DNA of 64,000 nt from Euglena gracilis (lineage: Eukaryota). Both the position numbers and the translations under genes were made by a program. Shown here one piece after another: positions 39,150-49,978 of the stretch (its first letter is position 1; every line of letters begins with the position of its first letter). The DNA is taken from the NCBI GenBank assembly GCA_039621445.1, contig CP154954.1, positions 39,827,816 to 39,891,815 on the forward strand, written 5' to 3'. The notes under the pieces were generated by a model, which ran no database searches, was not told where the DNA came from, and worked only from the letters and a program-made list of their open reading frames with translations.

Positions 39150-42100
39150 ACCCCCCTCCTCGGTGTTAAAAAACAAAAAGATTTTGCCCCCCAAAACGGG
39201 TGGGTAACACAAGGGATTTTGTTGTTTTGGGGCCCTCGAACAGTTCGGCAACAAAACGGATTTGCCCCCCAAAACGGGTGGGTAACACAAGGGATTTTGT
39301 TGTTTTGGGGCCCTCGAACAGTTGGGCAACAAAACGGATTTGCCCCAAAAAACGGGTGGGTAAAACAAGGGATTTGTCCCCCAAAACGGGTGGGTAACAC
39401 AAGGGATTTTGTTATTTTGGGGCCCTCGAACAGTTCGGCAACCAAAGGGATTTGCCCCCCAAAACGGGTGGGTAACACAAGGGATTTTGTTATTTTGGGG
39501 CCCTCGAACAGTTCGGCAACCAAAGGGATTTGCCCCCCAAAACGGGTGGGTAACACAAGGGATTTTGTTGATTTGGGGCCCTCGAACAGTTCGGCAACCA
39601 AAGGGATTTGCCCCCCAAAACGGGTGGGTAACACAAGGGATTTTGTTGTTTTGGGGCCCTCGAACAGTTGGGCAACAAAACGGATTTGCCCCCCAAAACG
39701 GGTGGGTAACACAAGGGATTTTGTCATTTTGGGGCCCTCGAACAGTTCGGCAACCAAAGGGATTTGCCCCCCAAAACGGGTGGGTAACACAAGGGATTTT
39801 GTTGATTTGGGGCCCTCGAACAGTTCGGCAACCAAAGGGATTTGCCCCCCCAAAACGGGTGGGTAACACAAGGGATTTTGTTGATTTGGTGCCCTCGAAC
39901 AGTTCGGCAACCAAAGGGATTTGCCCCCCAAAACGGGTGGGTAACACAAGGGATTTTGTTGTTTTGGGGCCCTCGAACAGTTGGGCAACAAAACGGATTT
40001 GCCCCCCCAAAACGGGTGGGTAACACAAGGGATTTTGTCATTTTGGGGCCCTCGAACAGTTGGGCAACAAAACGGATTTGCCCCCCCAAAACGGGTGGGT
40101 AACACAAGGGATTTTGTTGATTTGGGGCCCTCGAACAGTTGGGCACCAAAACGGATTTGCCCCCCCAAAACGGGTGGGTAACACAAGGGATTTTGTTATT
40201 TTGGGGCCCTCGAACAGTTGGGCACCAAAACGGATTTGCCCCCCCCAAAACGGGTGGGTAACACAAGGGATTTTGTTGTTTTGGGGCCCTCGAACAGTTG
40301 GGCAACCAAAGGGATTTGCCCCCCCAAAACGGGTGGGTAACACAAGGGATTTTGTTATTTTGGGGCCCTCGAACAGTTCGGCAACCAAAGGGATTTGCCC
40401 CCCCAAAACGGGTGGGTAACACAAGGGATTTTGTTGATTTGGGGCCCTCGAACAGTTGAGCAACAAAACGGATTTGCCCCCCCAAAACGGGTGGGTAACA
40501 CAAGGGATTTTGTTGATTTGGGGCCCTCGAACAGTTCGGCAACCAAAGGGATTTGCCCCCCAAAACGGGTGGGTAACACAAGGGATTTTGTTGTTTTGGG
40601 GCCCTCGAACAGTTGGGCAACAAAACGGATTTGCCCCCCCCAAAACGGGTGGGTAACACAAGGGATTTTGTTGATTTGGGGCCCTCGAACAGTTCGGCAA
40701 CCAAAGGGATTTGCCCCCCCAAAACGGGTGGGTAACACAAGGGATTTTGTTATTTTGGGGCCCTCGAACAGTTTGGCAACCAAACGGATTTGCCCCCCCA
40801 AAACGGGTGGGTAACACAAGGGATTTTGTTGTTTTGGGGCCCTCGAACAGTTCGGCAACCAAAGGGATTTGCCCCCCAAAACGGGTGGGTAACACAAGGG
40901 ATTTTGTTGTTTTGGGGCCTTCGAACAGTTGGGCAACAAAACGGATTTGCCCCCCAAAACGAATGGGTAACACAAGGGATTTTGTTGTTTTGGGGCCCTC
41001 GAACAGTTCGGCAACCAAAGGGATTTGCCCCCCCCCAAAACGGGTGGGTAACACAAGGGATTTTGTTATTTTGGGGCCCTCGAACAGTTGGGCAACAAAA
41101 CGGATTTGCCCCCCAAAACGAATGGGTAACACAAGGGATTTTGTTGTTTTGGGGCCCTCGAACCGTTGGGCAACAAAAGGGATTTGCCCCCCCCAAAACG
41201 GGTGGGTAACACAAGGGATTTTGTTGTTTTGGGGCCCTCGAACAGTTGGGCAACAAAACGGATTTGCCCCAAAAAACGGGTGGGTAAAACAAGGGATTTG
41301 TCCCCCAAAACGGATGGGTAACACAAGGGATCTTGTTATTTTGGGGCCCTCGAACAGTTCGGCAACCAAAGGGATTTGCCCCCCCAAAACGGGTGGGTAA
41401 CACAAGGGATTTTGTTGATTTGGGGCCCTCGAACAGTTCGGCAACCAAAGGGATTTGCCCCCCAAAACGGGTGGGTAACACAAGGGATTTTGTTGATTTG
41501 GGGCCCTCGAACAGTTCGGCAACCAAAGGGATTTGCCCCCCCAAAACGGGTGGGTAACACAAGGGATTTTGTTGATTTGGGGCCCTCGAACAGTTGAGCA
41601 ACAAAACGGATTTGCCCCCCAAAACGGGTGGGTAACACAAGGGATTTTGTTATTTTGGGGCCCTCGAAGAGTTGGGCAACAAAAGGGATTTGCCCCCCAA
41701 AACGAATGGGTAACACAAGGGATTTTGTTGTTTTGGGGCCCTCGAACAGTTGGGCAACAAAAGGGTTTTGCCCCCCCCCCCAAAACGGGTGGGTAACACA
41801 AGGGATTTTGTTATTTTGGGGCCCTCGAACAGTTCGGCAACAAAAGGGATTTGCCCCCCAAAACGGGTGGGTAACACAAGGGATTTTTTTATTTTGGGGC
41901 CCTCGAACCATTGGGCAACAAAAGGGATCTACCCCCAAAAAGGGTGGGTAACACAAGGGATTTTGTTGTTTTGGGGCCCTCGAACAGTTCGGCAAAAAAA
42001 CGGATTTGCCCCCCCGAAACGGGTGGGTAACACAAGGGATTTTGTTATTTTGGGGCCCTCGAACCGTTGACCAACAAAAGGGATTTGCCCCCCAAAACGG

Positions 42101-42680
42101 GTGGGTAACACAAGGGATTTTGTTGTTTTGGGGCCCTCGAACAGTTGGGCAACCAAAGGGATTTGCCCCCCAAAACGGGTGGGTAACACAAGGGATTTTG
42201 TTGTTTTGGGGCCCTCGAACAGTTGGGCAACAAAAAGGATTTGCCCCAAAAAACGGGTGGGTAAAACAAGGGATTTGCCCCCCAAAACGGGTGGGTAACA
42301 CAAGGGATTTTGTTATTTTGGGGCCCTCGAACAGTTCGGCAACCAAAGGGATTTGCCCCCCAAAACGAATGGGTAACACAAGGGATTTTGTTATTTTGGG
42401 GCCCTCGAACAGTTCGGCAACCAAAGGGATCTGCCTCGCAAAACGGATGGGTAACACAAGGGATTTTGTTATTTTGGGGCCCTCGAACAGTTCGGCAACC
42501 AAAGGGATTTGCCCCCCAAAACAGGTGGGTAACACAAGGGATTTTGTTGTTTTGGGGCTCTCGAACAGTTGGGCAACAAAAGGGATTTGCCCCCCAAAAC
42601 GGGTGGGTAACACAAGGGATTTTGTTATTTTGGGGCCCTCGAACAGTTCGGCAACCAAAGGGATTTGCCCCCCAAAACAG
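21165..42680. repeat. 78-bp satellite array, roughly 270 monomers
   Basis: Consensus AAAACGGGTGGGTAACACAAGGGATTTTGTT(G/A)TTTTGGGGCCCTCGAACAGTT(G/C)GGCAAC(A/C)AAAGGGATTTGCCCCCC, head-to-tail, with variable C-run length. Confidence 0.98.
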
Positions 42681-42743
42681 GAGACTGTTCAGTTCAATAA
42701 AACGTTTGAACCATCTGATTGAAGTAGAAAAAAGAAACCAGAA

Positions 42744-43032
42744 TGAGTGTCAAACTGCCCCCCCCCCTCCCCCGCAGGGGGGGGTGGCAATTTGACACTT
42801 GGGTACACTTTGCGCAACAGTTTTTTTTGGCAAGCCCGGAAAAGCGGCTGTGGAATGCACGACCCTGACTCCAACCCCAACCCTAACCCAGCCCTGACAG
42901 CAAGGGGCTGCAGGGACCGAAAAGTGAGAGGAAAAAATGGAACCGCAAAAAATGATGGTAAAAGTGTACTCAAATGTCAAACTGCTACCCCCCCCCTCTG
43001 CTGGCAGAGGGGGGGTGGCAGTTTGACACTTA
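42744..43032. mobile_element. Small foldback element with palindromic ends and a degenerate (CCCTAA)n core
   Basis: Palindromes at 42746-42799 and 42973-43030 (AGTGTCAAACTGCC..GGCAGTTTGACACT). Inner inverted repeat GGGTACACTTT/AAAGTGTACTC. Confidence 0.65.
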
Positions 43033-43368
43033 TGCCATATGAAGCACACCATATCAGATCATGTCAACCTCGTCCTCAACCTCCACGGGTGGACCATATA
43101 TATCCTCCTCACTGAATAGAACCGGGGGAACGAACGAGCAACATGCAACGCAACTGAGAAAAGCCCGGGGGCGGACGGGTTGCGTGTCACCAACCGCAGT
43201 CAAAGACAGGGCATTTCGCTGTTGGGGTCAACAGAAACAGATCATCAACATTGCGCAAACCATTCACAATGTCTGAGGTTGCATCAAGTAGCACTTGTCC
43301 TTCTCCTCCCCAGTGGTGTCTCCCGCCAATTCCCCCCGCCAAACTTGCATAAAAAATGCCCTGGTGAG

Positions 43369-44625
43369 GATGGGTAACACAAGGGATTTTGTTATTTTGG
43401 GGCCCTCGAACAGTTGGGCAACAAAACGGATTTGCCCCCCCCCAAAATGGGTGGGTAACACAAGGGATTTTGTTATTTTGGGGCCCTCGGACAGTTCGGC
43501 AACAAAACGGATTTGCCCCGCCCCCCCAAAATGGGTGGGTAACACAAGGGATTTTGTTATTTTGGGGCCCTCGAACAGTTCGGTACCCAAAGGGTTTTGC
43601 CCCCCCCCCCAAAACGGGTGGGTAACACAAGGGATTTTGTTCTTTTGGGGCCCTCGAACAGTTGGGCAACCAAAGGGATTTGCCCCCCCAAAACGGGTGG
43701 GTAACACAAGGGATTTTGTTATTTTGGGGCCCTCGAACAGTTCGGCAACCAAAGGGATTTGCCCCCCAAAACGGATGGGTAACACAAGGGATTTTGTTGT
43801 TTTGGGGCCCTTGAACAGTTCGGCAACCAAAGGGATTTGCCCCCCCCCAAAACGAATGGGTAACACAAGGGATTTTGTTATTTTGGGGCCCTCGAACAGT
43901 TCGGCAACCAAAGGGATTTGCCCCCCCCCCAAACGGGTGGGTAACACAAGGGATTTTGTTGTTTTGGGGCCCTCGAACAGTTCGGCAACAAAAGGGATTT
44001 GCCCCCCAAAACGAATGGGTAACACAAGGGATTTTGTTGTTTTGGGGCCCTCGAACAGTTCGGCAACCAAAGGGATTTGCCCCCCCCCCCAAAACGGGTG
44101 GGTAACACAAGGGATTTTGTCATTTTTGGGCCCTCGAACAGTTGGGCAACAAAAGGGATTTGCCCCCCCAAAACGGGTTGGTAACACAAGGGATTTTGTT
44201 GTTTTGGGGCCCTCGAACAGTTGGGCAACAAAACGGATTTGCCCCCCAAAACGAATGGGTAACACAAGGGATTTTGTTGTTTTGGGGCCCTCGAACAGTT
44301 CGGCAACCAAAGGGGTTTGCCCCCCAAAACGGGTGGGTAACACAAGGGATTTTGTTGTTTTGGGGCCCTCAAACAGTTCGGCAACCAAAGGGATTTGCCC
44401 CCCAAAACGGGTGGGTAACACAAGGGATTTTGTTATTTTGGGGCCCTCAAACCGTTCGCCAACCAAAGGGATTTGCCCCCCAAAACGGGTGGGCAACACA
44501 AGGGATATGCCCCCCAAAACGAATGGGTAACACAAGGGATCTTGTTATTTTGGGGCCCTCGAACAGTTCGGCAACCAAAGGGATTTGCCCCCCAAAACGG
44601 TTGGGGAACACAAGGGATTTTGTTA
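43369..44625. repeat. 78-bp satellite block 2
   Basis: Same monomer and orientation as the main array. Confidence 0.97.
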
Positions 44626-45773
44626 AAACCTATTTTCTGGGCCCGACGCCTGTCTTGAAATTCTACTGACATTAACGGATTTCAGGCTGAAATTGTTTAT
44701 GTCGGTCGATTTCCATTCAGGCGCCCGTTTATGTCGGTCGATTTCCATTCAGGCGCCCGTTTATGTCAGTCGATTTCCATTCAGGCGCCCGTTTATGTCG
44801 GTCGATTTCCATTCCATTGAAATCTGTTGCTGGTCAGATTGGGAATTTTTAGGGACTTTTTGGACATTTTGGATTTCCCTTTTTTTCGACATTTTTGGTC
44901 CTATGGGGTTGTGGAGGAGCTATGGATCAGACAAAAACCAAATTTTGTGGCCAGGTGATCACAGCTGGCTGAACTTTGGATGGAACAGACGGAAGGACGG
45001 TATTTAAGATTATTATTTTCTGGATCTTCAGAAAAAGCATTCGGCAAATTTGTCCTGAACCAGTTGTCATCACTGGTCATCTGAAAGAAAACCTTTCGGG
45101 TGAGGAGTGATTTGGCAATGTCAAACCTATTTTCTGGGCTTGACGCCTGTATTGCAATTATATTGACATCGTCGGATTTCGGGCCAAGGCTGTGTTCATA
45201 GCAACATGGCTTTGGTCAAAATCTGTCTTTCTAAAAAAAACGCAGTCTCTGGCCTGAGTCTGTGTTTCGAAACGCTCAGTCTGTTATTCGGCCTGAGTCT
45301 GCGTTTCGAAACGCAGACTCAGGTCAGAGTCTGCGTTTAAGACGCAGTTCTTGATATAGAGATTGAAAAAAGAAAAAAGCAGTCCGAAAAAAAAGGCAAA
45401 AGGTTGGTCGACATTAACGGGCTTCAGGCTGAAACTGACAATGTCCCGAAACCGAACAAAAAGGCATTCAAAAAAGGAAACAAAAGGTTGGTCGATTTCC
45501 AAGACATCGGAAACCGTTTATGTCAGTCGATTTCCAATCAGGCGCCCGTTTATGTCAGTCGATTTCCATTCAGGCGCCCGTTTATGTCGGTCGATTTCCA
45601 TTCAGGCGCCCGTTTATGTCGGTCGATTTCCATTCAGGCGCCGTTTATGTCAGTCGATTTCCATTCAGGCGCCCGTTAATGGGCCAAAAACCACCTTTTT
45701 GACCATATTTCCGTCCAGGCGGTTCGGTCGAATGAATATCAAGACAGGCGTCGGGCCCAGACAAAATAGGTTT
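44626..45773. mobile_element. TA-flanked non-autonomous TIR element A with internal 32-bp tandem repeats
   Basis: ~40-bp TIR AAACCTATTTT(GT)CTGGGCCCGACGCCTGTCTTGA, with TA on both sides. GTTTATGTC(G/A)GTCGATTTCCATTCAGGCGCCC occurs ~4x at 44695-44815 and ~5x at 45516-45680. Confidence 0.85.
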
Positions 45774-45776
45774 TAG

Positions 45777-45880
45777 AAAAATCGACCGACACTAACAGAT
45801 TCAGCAGGGGCGCCGGGCGGCTCGCTTCGCTCGCTCGCGCCCGGCGCCCCTGCTGAATCTGTTAGTGTCGGTCGATTTTT
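45777..45880. repeat. Perfect palindrome P1: 43-bp arms, 18-nt loop
   Basis: 45777-45819 is the exact reverse complement of 45838-45880. Loop GCTCGCTTCGCTCGCTCG. Confidence 0.95.
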
Positions 45881-46144
45881 GTATAAAAACCGTTAACCGT
45901 TCACGGGCTTCCCCACGTGAGGAAACGGGGTGCGTTCACGGGTGCGCACTGCGGCACCCGTGAACGGACCCCGTTTTCACATATGCGCACCCGTGGTCGG
46001 TTCACGGGTGCACAGACGGCAGCCGTGGACGGAATTTTACATTAAAAAAAGGGAAAACATTTACGCAGTAGGGAAGAGGATTTGAAACAAATGGCGAACC
46101 TGGTGAACTTGAGGGGTGGGGGCAGGAATGCAAGAGGTGGCATA

Positions 46145-47224
46145 GAGGACAAGGCAGTACAGTTGGTCAAACCTTGGGACCCCCCCCTCCCCCCCCCTGT
46201 ACAGTTCCAACCCCCCCCTCCTGGGACCCCCCCCTCCCCCCCCACTTCCAACCCCCCCGAGACAGATGAAAAAATTTTTGTCCGAAATTGGTCATTTTTT
46301 TCATTTTTGAAAGGAAATTTTGTCAGGATTTTCTTGACCATCACATTTTTTGGGATGCATTTTGGGCCATTTTTGAAAGAATGCCCAAAAAAATGCTGTT
46401 TTGGATGTGGAAATGCACCATTTTTTTTGCACATTTTTTTAAAAAGGAAAAAGGTCATTTTTTTTTATCTCTGCAGCTTCGTAGTCCATAAAGGGTGCTG
46501 GCTTTCACATGAACCATCATTTTAGTATTTTTGGATGAAAGGTCTGGAAAAACTAAAAACGTCACTTTGATGATTAAAAAGATTACTTCAAAACTTTTTC
46601 CTAAAAAAAATGGTCATTCCGCAAGGAAAAAAGTCAACTTTTGCTTTTTTTTAAAAAAAATAACATTTTGGGGGTTTTTTTTAAAAAAGAACATGTTTTT
46701 TTTTTAAAAAAAACAAAACAAAAAAAACGTCAACCCTGCCCCCAGTTAGTGACCCCCCCCCCCTATTAGTAACCCTTGGGCCCCAGGCAAAAACAATTTT
46801 TTGGAGGGAAATATTTTTCTTTGAAAAAAAACCACCAAGTTTGGCCATCGGAATTATTTGATGGTTGCCATTCATGAAAATTGCCCCGGAATGCCCAAAA
46901 AGACAACCTTGAAACACCCAAGAATTGGGGTAGGGGGCAAAAATTAGGCATAAATTGCCCCCCCCCCCCCGAGTTAGTCAGTTCTTACACCCCCCCCTCC
47001 TATTAGTCACCTTGGCCAAATTCCCCTCCCAAGGGGGTGACTAACTATGGGGGGGGAATGGTATGCACAACGAAGACAACCTCAATTGGACGAAAAATGT
47101 CGCAACTGTCTCGGGGGTAGGCAGTACAGTTGCGATTTTCTGGGGACCCCCCCCTCCCCCCCCCCTGTACAGCTTCCAACCACCCCCCACGGACCCCCCC
47201 CCTCCCCCCCCTGTGCCTTGTCTC
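46145..47224. mobile_element. MITE with GAG..CTC termini and a 4-bp TSD (Sola2-like pattern)
   Basis: CATA|GAGGACAAGGCA ... TGCCTTGTCTC|CATA. Subterminal GGCAGTACAGTTG and CTGTACAG motifs at both ends. Confidence 0.65.
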
Positions 47225-47228
47225 CATA

Positions 47229-47805
47229 GGGCTTGACACGCGGCAAACTAAATTTCGGTGCGAGGCACATGCTCGCGATGCCTTTCGGCATGGTCAGAGG
47301 AACAACAGGACGGATAACTCAACGACAACCCTGACAAATCCACGCTTTTTTCGGCGCGTGACGCAGCTCAGCACACACAAAATGATACGTCTACATACGT
47401 TTACATAGGTCCGAAAACTGGACACTGGCATGGAGCGAAGGCGCCCATCTTTTCCTACCTTCTCCTGCCTTGTCTGGACCCAGGCATCGGCTTCCTGCTG
47501 CGTCTTGAAAAGTTCACGAGCATCAACGCACCATCTGGCCCATCCCACCAAAACTTCGTCCAAAGAGCCAAAAACAACGCCATGCCGGTTGCAAACATCC
47601 ATATACTCCAAAAAACACTTTACTGCGGCATGGTTCTTGGGGCCCAGGTCACAATTTTGACCACCGGTGGGGAGACTGCCTAAAAGGGCATCCACTTCAG
47701 CAGCTCCTAGGGAGCCGGCACCACGTAAAACAGCCAGAAATTCATCTACGTTGGGAGGGGCGGGGCATCTGTGCTTCCATCATGTTGGCAAACCGCTTCA
47801 TCGGA
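47229..47805 (-). pseudogene. Coding remnant inside element B, weakly resembling a tyrosine-recombinase core-binding domain
   Basis: Protein-like frame NVDEFLAVLRG..AAVKCFLEYMD..LDEVLVGWARWCVDAR..GKDGRLRSMPVSSFRTYVNVCRR. Preceded by a pyrimidine tract + CAG acceptor (47806-47808). The family assignment is by eye only. Confidence 0.35.
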
Positions 47806-48086
47806 CTGTGGGGAAAAGCAGCAGACAGACAGAAACACAAATGTTAAAAACCCAAAAATTTCAAATTCCGATCACGGGTAACACCTTGCGCAACCGTGGT
47901 CGGTTCACGGGTGCACGCACGGCAGCCGTAGACGGAAATTCCGTTCACTGGTGCGCACTACGGCACCCGTGAACGGCCCAAGTTCACCCGTGAACGCCAA
48001 AAACGAGATTTTTGACCCCCTAGGCATCTCGTTAGGAAGCGCTTGCCTACTGCGAGGAAGCCCGTGAACTTTGGTTAACGGTTTTA

Positions 48087-48192
48087 AGAAAAAAGCGGGG
48101 TCCGATCACGATTCCCGGTGGAGAAACGAGGGGGGCCTACGGCGCCCCCCGTTTCTCCACCGGGAATCGTGATCGGACCCCGCTTTTTCTTA
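48087..48192. repeat. Near-perfect palindrome P2: 39-bp exact arms plus GC inner stem
   Basis: AAAAAGCGGGGTCCGATCACGATTCCCGGTGGAGAAACG and its reverse complement surround AGGGGGGCCTACGGCGCCCCC. Confidence 0.95.
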
Positions 48193-48195
48193 TAA

Positions 48196-48922
48196 TTTTG
48201 GGGCCCTCGAACCGTTGGCCAACTAAAGGGGTTTGCCCCCCAAAAAGGGTGGGTAACACAAGGGATTTTCCCCCAAAACGACTGGGTAACACAAGGGATT
48301 TTGTTATTTTGGGGCCCTCGAACAGTTGGGCAACAAAAGGGATTTGCCCCCCCCCCCCAAAACGGGTGGGTAACACAAGGGATTTTGTTGTTTTGGGGCC
48401 CTCGAACAGTTCGGCAACCAAAGGGATTTGCCCCCCCAAAACGGATGGGTAACACAAGGGATTTTGTTATTTTGGGGCCCTCGAACAGTTGGGCAACAAA
48501 AGGGATTTGCCCCCCCAAAACGAATGGGTAACACAAGGGATTTTGTTATTTTTGGGGCCCTCAAACAGTTCAGCAACAAAAGGGTTTTGCCCCCCCCCCC
48601 AAAAACGGGTGGGTAACACAAGGGATTTTGTTATTTTGGGGCCCTCGAACCGTTGACCAACAAAAGGGATTTGCCCCCCAAAACGGGTGGGTAACACAAG
48701 GGATTTTGTCATTTTGGGGCCCTCGAACAGTTCGGCAACCAAAGGGATTTGCCCCCCCAAAACGGGTGGGTAACACAAGGGATTTTATTATTTTGGGGCC
48801 CTCGAACAGTTCGGCAACCAAAGGGATTTGCCCCCCCAAAACGGGTGGGTAACACAAGGGATTTTGTTATTTTGGGGCCCTCGAACAGTTGGGCAACAAA
48901 AGGGATTTGCCCCCCAAAACGG
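48196..48922. repeat. 78-bp satellite block 3
   Basis: Resumes the monomer broken at 44625 (..GATTTTGTTA | TTTTGGGGCCC..). Confidence 0.95.
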
Positions 48923-49616
48923 TGTTGGGGTTGCCCCTCCTGAGGTCCCTGTGAAGGGACCCCTGGCGGCGCAACCCGCGTAGGATCGTTTAAATTTGAG
49001 CCCGTCGGGCCCACAGGGTTTTCCTCTTGGTGAAAAAGTGGGGTAGGGGTTGGTGTTGGTGTAGGTGAAGCCGCAGAATTGGAAAAATACATACTTTTGG
49101 GGTCCACTCAATTGAACTTGATTGAATAATCTGGTCAATGCCTTGGACTTGTTTGCTATTTGAACTTTCCTTGATTTCTTTGTACTTTGAATTGGCTTGC
49201 AATGCAAAACAATTGACGCCAAATGTCAAACAAAACAGAGTGTGAACAGAGCCCTGTGAACAGAAAATGTACAATTGGAGGGGGGCTACAGCTGGGGGGG
49301 GCTACTTGGTATACTTTGCGCAATTCTTAATGAATTGCGCCATCCCAAGCGCCCACCAAGGGGGTGCGCATGCTTGCGCAAAGCCCAGCAGGGCTTGCGC
49401 ATCCCCTTGGGGGTTGCCTGTTGGCCCCCTCAAACTGCCCCCTCCTTTACCTTCCCTTGGCTTGGTCAAAATGGGCTGTGGGGCCCCCTTGGGGGCCATT
49501 GGGGCCTCAAAAGGCCCTTGGGGGCCTTGGAGCCCCCCTCGCGGCCCTTCGTGGCCCCTTTGGGCCCCCTTGGAACCCCTCCTTGGGGCGGGCACCCTCG
49601 GACCGCGCACAGCACA
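48923..49616. mobile_element. Probable solo LTR (694 bp) inserted in a satellite monomer
   Basis: TGT...ACA termini with a 4-bp TSD, ACGG (48919-48922 and 49617-49620). The satellite resumes in register. Confidence 0.65.
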
Positions 49617-49978
49617 ACGGGTGGGTAACACAAGGGATTTTGTTGTTTTGGGGCCCTCGAACAGTTGGGCAACAAAACGGATTTGCCCCACAAAACGGGT
49701 GGGTAACACAAGGGATTTTTTTTATTTTGGGGCCCTCAAACAGTTCGGCAACCAAAGGGATTTACGCCCCAAATGAGTTGGAATACACAAGGGATTTTGT
49801 TATTTTGGGGCCATCGAACAGTTCGGCAACAAAAGGGATTTACGCCCCAATTGTTGGATTACACAAGGGATTTGCCCCCCCGAAACGGGTGGGTAACACA
49901 AGGGATTTTGTTATTTTGGGGCCCTCGAATAGCTGGGCAAAAAAAAGGGATTTGCCCCCCAAATCAGTTGGGTTACAC
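49617..49978. repeat. 78-bp satellite block 4, degenerating edge
   Basis: The same monomer with increasing divergence. Confidence 0.9.

Larger units (their letters stand above)
45886..48084. mobile_element. TA-flanked TIR element B containing a coding remnant and a nested MITE
   Basis: ~30-bp TIR AAACCGTTAACC..GTTCACGGGCTTCC. Repeated subterminal GTTCACGGG/CCCGTGAAC motifs at both ends. Confidence 0.8.

Noticed and set aside
21165-42680. CRISPR-like array
   Set aside because: Units differ only by SNPs, with no unique spacers and no cas genes; the context is eukaryotic.
21101-44672. Hundreds of repetitive ORFs up to 864 aa
   Set aside because: A 78-bp (26-codon), stop-poor satellite is open in most frames. 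Frames switch arbitrarily with C-run length.
45811-45846. Parvovirus/AAV ITR because of GCTC repeats in a GC-rich hairpin
   Set aside because: No T-shaped arms and no rep/cap sequence; the arms match the neighbouring TIR element instead.
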